Below, piece after piece: positions 58,335 to 64,000 of a stretch of DNA of 64,000 nt. The DNA lies in the NCBI GenBank assembly GCA_030605695.1, contig JAUWHX010000093.1, positions 6,681 to 70,680 on the forward strand, in the 5' to 3' direction. Position 1 is the first letter of the stretch; every line of letters starts with the position of its first letter. Source of the stretch: a bacterium (GTDB taxonomy: Bacteria > Hydrothermota > UBA3073 > JACQXS01). Position numbers and translations under genes: made by a program. Below the pieces are notes generated by a model. The model had not been told where the DNA came from, ran no database searches, and saw only the letters and a list, made by a program, of their open reading frames with translations.

Positions 58335-59630
58335 TTGAAAGAACTGGGTGTAAAGAAAGGAACAATATTAACATTTGGAGGAAGGAGCTTATATTTTGTC
58401 TTTGCCTTTATATCCGGGATTATTATTGCACGAACAACTGGCCCACAAGGCAAAGGAATTTACTCTCTTGTAATTCTCACTGCAAGTCTTGTGGCAATAT
58501 TGACAGGGATTGGAGTTGGCACTGCAAATGCCTGTTTTGTTGGACGCAAGCCAGATAGAATTCCGTCTATTATCACAAACTCAATATTTTTAATGATTCT
58601 ATGTTCCATTTTGCTTGGAGGTCTTTTTTTAATTTTCCAGAACTTTCAGATATTTGAACCAACTAAACTTATGTTCGTCGGGATTGCATTTGCAATTGTT
58701 CCATTCATACTGCTTATGAGCTTATTTAATGAGATTTTACATGGGATGAATAAAATCCTGGAGTTTAGTTTGATTAGAATAGTAGCTCCATTTATACAGG
58801 TGGTTATTTTATGTATCTTACTCAAGGTGTTAAACTTGAAATTAGCACTTATGGGATGGGCAATATCGCAAATAGTAATGACAGTTTTAACTGTTTTAAT
58901 TCTTTTCAAGAATACAGGTAGGATTAATTCCGTAGATTTAGACTTAAGTTTATTTCGTGAGTCGCTTGTTTTTGGTCTTCAGGTATGGATTGCACAGCTT
59001 GTTGGAATGCTGAATCTCAGGATTGATATGTATCTTGTGGCTTATTATTTAACTCCTCGTGATGTAGGATATTATTCAACAGCAGTCGGGATAGCTGAAT
59101 TTCTCTGGTATATACCGAGTTCTATAGCTATAGTTATGCTTCCTGTGTTCACGCGAATGGATGCAAAGAATGCCAGAGAATTAGCTTGCAAAGGAATAAG
59201 ACTCTCGTTGTTTTCGGGCGTGGTTTTATTAGTTCTTTTATTAAGTGTGGGAAGATTTATTGTGCCTGCAATATATGGAAAAGCATTCCTTGGGGCAGTA
59301 CTTCCGCTTAGCATACTTTTGCCCGGAGTTGCTGTGTATGGAATGGCTCATATTACGAGCACATATTTTAATGGACATATTAGCAGACCAATCATAAATA
59401 CTGGCTTAGCGGCTATGTCCTTGATTATAAACGTTGTGTTGAATATAATATTAATACCAAAAATGGGAATAGCTGGAGCGGCACTCAGTAGCACGATTGC
59501 ATATATATTAGCAATAGGAGTGTGTATATATATATTTACAAGGTTATCGGGTTCATCTGTAAAAGATATGCTGTTTGTGAGGAAAGACGACTTCAAAAGC
59601 TATTTGCAGATTTTTCGTAGAGAGAGTTAA
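58335..59630 (+). CDS. Polysaccharide flippase (Wzx/MOP-superfamily)
   Basis: About 12 TM helices with the typical oligosaccharide flippase topology. Confidence 0.65.
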   Translation: MKELGVKKGTILTFGGRSLYFVFAFISGIIIARTTGPQGKGIYSLVILTASLVAILTGIGVGTANACFVGRKPDRIPSIITNSIFLMILCSILLGGLFLIFQNFQIFEPTKLMFVGIAFAIVPFILLMSLFNEILHGMNKILEFSLIRIVAPFIQVVILCILLKVLNLKLALMGWAISQIVMTVLTVLILFKNTGRINSVDLDLSLFRESLVFGLQVWIAQLVGMLNLRIDMYLVAYYLTPRDVGYYSTAVGIAEFLWYIPSSIAIVMLPVFTRMDAKNARELACKGIRLSLFSGVVLLVLLLSVGRFIVPAIYGKAFLGAVLPLSILLPGVAVYGMAHITSTYFNGHISRPIINTGLAAMSLIINVVLNIILIPKMGIAGAALSSTIAYILAIGVCIYIFTRLSGSSVKDMLFVRKDDFKSYLQIFRRES

Positions 59631-59631
59631 G

Positions 59632-60465
59632 GTGAAACTTTCAATCAGTATAGTAAGTTACAATACAAAGGAGCATTTAAGAGCCTGCCTTGATTCTATT
59701 CAAAAGAATTTAAAGGATATAGAATATGAGATTGTTATAGTTGATAATGATAGCAAGGATGGAAGCGTCAGGATGATAAAGGAAGAATTCCCTGAGATCC
59801 GTTTAATAGAAAATAAAGAAAATCTTTTTTTTGCCTGTGCTAATAATCAAGCAATAAGAGCAAGTAAGGGTAAATATATATTACTTTTAAATTCCGATAC
59901 TTTGATTTTTGATAATTCAATAAAGGATATGATTCTCTTTATGGAGCAAAATCCTGATGTAGGAGCTCTTGGTGGTAAGATGTTATACAGCGATGGAGGA
60001 GATCAAGGCAATGGCTGGAAGTTTCGCATTCCTCTAAAGTGTATTTTTTCTCAGGACCCTGTTTGGAGACTTTTCGGAAAAAGATTCAGAATAAAGAGAA
60101 AAGAGTCTATTGTGCCGAAAGAAGTGGATGTAGTGTCAGATGCTTTTATGTTGGTGAGCCGTCAAGCGATTTTTGAAGCAGGACTGTATGACGAGAGGTT
60201 TAAATTATATTATACGGAAGATGACATTTGTCACAAGTTAAAGCGAAAAGGGTGGAAATGTTATTATTTCCCCTCTGCTTGCGTTGTCCATAAGCTGTTT
60301 GGTTCAAGCAAAGGAGCGAGCAAATTGGCTTGGATAAAGTTAACCGACAAACTAAAATATTACCAGAAGTATCATGGATTATGGATAACAATGGGAATAG
60401 GGTTCTTCTCGTTGATTGATTTTGTTATGCATTTATTAGGAGGATTGAAGAAATGCCAGGAATAG
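59632..60465 (+). CDS. Family 2 glycosyltransferase
   Basis: LSISIVSYNTKEHL... and DNDSKDGS (DxD) motifs. Confidence 0.75.
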   Translation: MKLSISIVSYNTKEHLRACLDSIQKNLKDIEYEIVIVDNDSKDGSVRMIKEEFPEIRLIENKENLFFACANNQAIRASKGKYILLLNSDTLIFDNSIKDMILFMEQNPDVGALGGKMLYSDGGDQGNGWKFRIPLKCIFSQDPVWRLFGKRFRIKRKESIVPKEVDVVSDAFMLVSRQAIFEAGLYDERFKLYYTEDDICHKLKRKGWKCYYFPSACVVHKLFGSSKGASKLAWIKLTDKLKYYQKYHGLWITMGIGFFSLIDFVMHLLGGLKKCQE

Positions 60466-62216
60466 CAGGAATAATTAGTGAATCGTTAATCGTGAACCCT
60501 GCATCGTTAATCGTTAAGGAGATGACTAATTCAATGAAACACGAGGATTTTTATTCACTCGAGACTTATGCAAATGAGAATGTAGCTCTGGGAATTACAT
60601 CTTTTTCCAATAAACTCATTTTTAATGAAAAAAAGACTCTGCTCGGACTGATTTCTGGAGAGTTTTTTGGTGAAGGAGTAAATTCACTTTTAGATTTATA
60701 TGAGCAAGAGGGGATGAAGTTTTTATCTAAAATAAAGGGAGAGTTTGTTTTAGTAATATATGATATAAAGAAAGGCAAGCTTTTTATTGCCTCAGATAGA
60801 TATGGATTTAAGCCATTGTATTATATAGAGTTGTTTGACAAGTTTATTTTCGCCTCTGAGATTAAGGCAATTATTAAATATCCGAAAGTGAAGCGAGAAA
60901 TTGATTCAACTGGGTTGGCAGAATATGCTCTTTTTAATTATCCCCTTGGGGAACGGACATTGGTCAAAAATATACAGAGGTTTCCGGCTGGTGAGATATG
61001 GGAATTTAATGTAGGGACGGGTCAGCGACTCACCCCTACGAAAAGAAAGTATTGGGAATTTAATACATTGCTTGAAGGAGAAAGAATATCTGCTCGCGAT
61101 GGGCTTGAGCAAGGTGGAGAGATTTTTCGCAAAGCTGTAAGGGATTTGCTGAAAAGGGAAGATAAAATTGGGCTTACTCTTAGTGCAGGATACGATAGTC
61201 GGGCAATATTATCTGCCTGTAAGAGTGAGATAACCTCGCCTTTGCAGGTTAAAGCTCTTACTTTTGGGAAAAAGACAGACAAGGAAGTTCTAATAGCAAG
61301 CAAATTAGCACAAATAGTGGGATGTGAGCACTTGATGCAGGAATTTGAAAAGGATTTTACTGATAGAATAATGGACTTTTTATATCGAACTGTTTGGATT
61401 ACAGATGGGTTGTGCAATATAACACATTCTGGACTATTATATATATTTAAGAAGCAGAGAGAGTTTATGAATCCTTGTTTTGCTGGGTTTGGAGGAAGTG
61501 AGATAATTCGTGGGCTACAAGATACAGGACTTACCTTCTCCAGAAACTCAAAGTATCTTCTTTTTTCTGAAACTCCACAAGGAACTTTCCAAGATATTGG
61601 ATTCTTTTCTCCTGAACTTTTGAAGGATGTCGGGGATTTTACGATTTGCGATGCAGGGTTCACGATAAACGAACGTGCCTTATTTTTCTTGCTCAATGAG
61701 GTTATCAGAAAATATTATGGGGCAAATGTTGCACTTATGAGTTCACAGGTCCCTGTAAGGCTTCCCTATATAGACCATGATTTTTTGAAATTCATTTTAC
61801 GGACTCCCTTTTCAATTTTGCATACTACTTCGTTTTCTCAAAATCCGCTTGAGAGGTTAAAAGGTCAGAGGTTTTCAGCAAGCGTTATTAAATATAATGA
61901 TGCAAGACTTCTTGGAGTCCCGACAGACAGGGGATATTTGCCAAAATGGAATCTCAGTAGTTTTGGATTGCCTGTGATATTTTGGCACCAAATTCGCAGA
62001 AGATTAGCAGGAGCATATTGTGATACACCCCTGTATAGATTTATGAGATTAAGTGTCAAGCATATTTTAGAAGAGTCTCAAACTTTAAAGCGAGATTATT
62101 ACAATGTAGCTAAAATAAAAGAGGCAGTAAAACGATACCCAAATTGGAATTTGCCGGAGTGGCGGGAGCTATCAAAAGTAGTAACATTTGAACTCTGGTT
62201 AAGGCAGTTTATATAG
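60453..62216 (+). CDS. Asparagine synthase (AsnB)-like amidotransferase homolog
   Basis: PP-loop LSAGYDSRAIL (SGGxDS-type) in the synthetase domain. The N-terminus reads MPGIAGI, with Pro where the class-II glutamine amidotransferase nucleophilic Cys2 is expected. A heptamer-derived insert, ISESLIVNPASLIVKEM, follows directly. Confidence 0.6.
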   Translation: MPGIAGIISESLIVNPASLIVKEMTNSMKHEDFYSLETYANENVALGITSFSNKLIFNEKKTLLGLISGEFFGEGVNSLLDLYEQEGMKFLSKIKGEFVLVIYDIKKGKLFIASDRYGFKPLYYIELFDKFIFASEIKAIIKYPKVKREIDSTGLAEYALFNYPLGERTLVKNIQRFPAGEIWEFNVGTGQRLTPTKRKYWEFNTLLEGERISARDGLEQGGEIFRKAVRDLLKREDKIGLTLSAGYDSRAILSACKSEITSPLQVKALTFGKKTDKEVLIASKLAQIVGCEHLMQEFEKDFTDRIMDFLYRTVWITDGLCNITHSGLLYIFKKQREFMNPCFAGFGGSEIIRGLQDTGLTFSRNSKYLLFSETPQGTFQDIGFFSPELLKDVGDFTICDAGFTINERALFFLLNEVIRKYYGANVALMSSQVPVRLPYIDHDFLKFILRTPFSILHTTSFSQNPLERLKGQRFSASVIKYNDARLLGVPTDRGYLPKWNLSSFGLPVIFWHQIRRRLAGAYCDTPLYRFMRLSVKHILEESQTLKRDYYNVAKIKEAVKRYPNWNLPEWRELSKVVTFELWLRQFI

Positions 62217-63321
62217 TTATTGATTTGTCCACGGGATTCTTCGAACTGTGAAAGAAGGAGGAAATTCTCTGTTTGAGGAGATTAAGGTTCTTTCCTTTTA
62301 GCGCAGAAACAAACACTGCGTCTGGATATTTCCCTTTGAGGACAGGCATAAGGTCATAATTCAGGTCGGTTTTATTAAATACATAGATTATCGGATGCTC
62401 AAGAATGCCAAGGTCTTCAAGTATCTGGTTTCCTGCAAGTAGTTGAAGCTCGCAATGTGGATGAGATATATCTATTACATGAAGTCTGAGGTCTGCCTCA
62501 ATTGCCTCCTGGAGAGTGGATTTGAAACTTGCTATTAGTCCATGTGGCAATTTCCTTAAGAATCCCACCGTGTCAGTGAGGAGAATTTTGTGAGCTGGCT
62601 TCTGGATATTATCTGCTAAATAAAGAACACGAGTTGTGGAATCAAGGGTTGAGAACAATTTATCCTCTACCAGAAGGTCAGAATGTGTAAGTCGGTTCAT
62701 CAAGGTTGATTTTCCAGCATTTGTATAGCCAACCAGTGCTACTCTAAAAAGATTCTTCCTCCGAGACGACTGGATTTTCTTGCTGAGTTCAATAGATTTG
62801 AGTGTCCTTTCAAATGATTTTATATGGTCCCTTATCCTTCTGCGATCTATTTCAAGTTTCTTTTCTCCCGGTCCACTTGTTCCAATACCGCCGCCGAGTC
62901 TTGATAATGCAACTCCTTTACCCGTGAGTCTTGAGAGTCTATACTTTAGTTGAGTAAGTTCAACTTCAACTTTGGCGGCTTTTGAATGAGCGTGCTTGGC
63001 AAATATATCAAGTATAAGCTCGGTTCGGTCTATTACTTTCCTATCGGTGATTTCTTCAAGATTTCTTAATTGAGTGCCCGTTAGCTCTTCGTCAAACACG
63101 AATGTATCAATATCAAGCTCCTGGGCTATTTGGGCAAGTTCCTGAGCTTTCCCCTTGCCAATAAAGAATCTGGGCTCAAGTCTATCACGACGCTGGAGTA
63201 TGCGTTCTATGACTTCGCCTTCTGCTGTCTTGACAAGTGCGGCAAGTTCATTAAGCGAGTCAAGTTTCTCCCACCGCTCATCGTATTTAGTTAAGACACC
63301 TACAAGGAATGTTTTTTCCAT
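62209..63321 (-). CDS. hflX: GTPase HflX
   Basis: HflX N-domain plus G-domain motifs (GYTNAGKSTL, DTVGF, NKTD). Confidence 0.85.
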   Translation of the reverse strand: MEKTFLVGVLTKYDERWEKLDSLNELAALVKTAEGEVIERILQRRDRLEPRFFIGKGKAQELAQIAQELDIDTFVFDEELTGTQLRNLEEITDRKVIDRTELILDIFAKHAHSKAAKVEVELTQLKYRLSRLTGKGVALSRLGGGIGTSGPGEKKLEIDRRRIRDHIKSFERTLKSIELSKKIQSSRRKNLFRVALVGYTNAGKSTLMNRLTHSDLLVEDKLFSTLDSTTRVLYLADNIQKPAHKILLTDTVGFLRKLPHGLIASFKSTLQEAIEADLRLHVIDISHPHCELQLLAGNQILEDLGILEHPIIYVFNKTDLNYDLMPVLKGKYPDAVFVSALKGKNLNLLKQRISSFFHSSKNPVDKSITI

Positions 63322-63516
63322 ACAAAAAACCTTTATCTAACTGGATTAATCTCAAGATCCGTATGAACTGGATTTTAGTCCTATAATCTTTATCTCATAG
63401 AGTCTGCGACCTGTCAATCCTGTCTAAATTCTTCATTCCTCTCCCCAAATCATTCATTTCTCTCTGTGGGAAAGGTCTCCTGACCTTGAGAATCGAGACC
63501 AGAGGTCTCTCCCACA

Positions 63517-64000
63517 CTAACGAATTATCGTCAGCTTCCTCGTTGCATTGAAATCATTTGCCTCTACTCTCACAAAGTAGATGCCGTTGGTGAGTTCCTC
63601 AAGATTTATCTCAACATCCTGCTTCGTTGTTAAAACCTGCTTTACTAACTTGCCTGATATGTCATGAATCTTGATGCTTGCTCCCTTGCTCGCTTGATAG
63701 CTTGATAGCTTGATGACTGCCTTCCCAAGCGATGGATTCGGATATATCTGTAATCTCCAATCTCCAATCTCTAATCTCTTGTCTCTTTCCTCAACTCCCA
63801 CTTCCGGTCCTACCCTTATAAGATAGACCCCACAAAAAGAACATGTCATTCCTGCGATTATAAAGCCACCATTCGCACACTCCTGAATAGAATAGCCATA
63901 ATCATAAGAAGTTCCGCCATAAGTTTTTGTCCACAGTGTATCACCATCTGCATTAGTTCTTACAAGATAGACATCGCTCCTGCCAGCACCAAAAGACCAT
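63517..64000 (-). CDS. T9SS cargo with about-45-aa repeats, paralog of 29447..30463, 5' partial at the window edge
   Basis: The frame stays open to the window end (..[31 protein letters not shown]..). Intact sorting domain (..[16 protein letters not shown]...[15 protein letters not shown]...[22 protein letters not shown]). Confidence 0.65.
   Translation of the reverse strand, partial: WSFGAGRSDVYLVRTNADGDTLWTKTYGGTSYDYGYSIQECANGGFIIAGMTCSFCGVYLIRVGPEVGVEERDKRLEIGDWRLQIYPNPSLGKAVIKLSSYQASKGASIKIHDISGKLVKQVLTTKQDVEINLEELTNGIYFVRVEANDFNATRKLTIIR

Overview
AT-rich bacterial chromosomal window with tightly packed, often translationally coupled genes. The many proteins ending in type IX secretion (T9SS) C-terminal sorting domains point to a member or relative of the Fibrobacteres-Chlorobi-Bacteroidetes group or a related candidate phylum; the exact lineage is not determinable here.

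Gene content:
- Housekeeping: ispD/ispF, hisS, mreBCD, purF, lnt, pckG, two-subunit class I fumarate hydratase, obg, hflX, an M42 aminopeptidase, and a cyclophilin.
- One co-directional type IV pilus-like block: TPR protein, a GspE-N1/MshEN + DnaA-type AAA+ fusion, PilM-PilN fusion, lipoprotein, PilO, AMIN+PilP-like protein, and a compact PilQ secretin.
- Two cell-surface glycan modules: methyltransferase / YfhO / polyprenyl-phosphate GT2, and flippase / GT2 / AsnB-like.
- An ECF sigma / anti-sigma pair and a LexA-like repressor with tandem HTH domains.
- A large set of T9SS cargo genes (beta-helix, FG-GAP, BNR, LVIVD propellers, a papain-like peptidase, about-45-aa repeat proteins), plus two PorP/SprF-like beta-barrels.
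- No rRNA, tRNA or CRISPR was recognised.

The most striking signal is at the DNA level: pervasive 7-bp-unit tandem repeat tracts and other short dispersed or palindromic repeats, found inside coding regions as well as between genes. Three loci (a T9SS glycosidase C-terminal domain, the PilP-like leader, the yfhO start) are out of frame exactly at a heptamer or poly-A tract in ways that a single repeat-unit change would repair. This looks like a contingency (phase-variation) repertoire acting on surface machinery, but repeat-tract assembly error has to be excluded.
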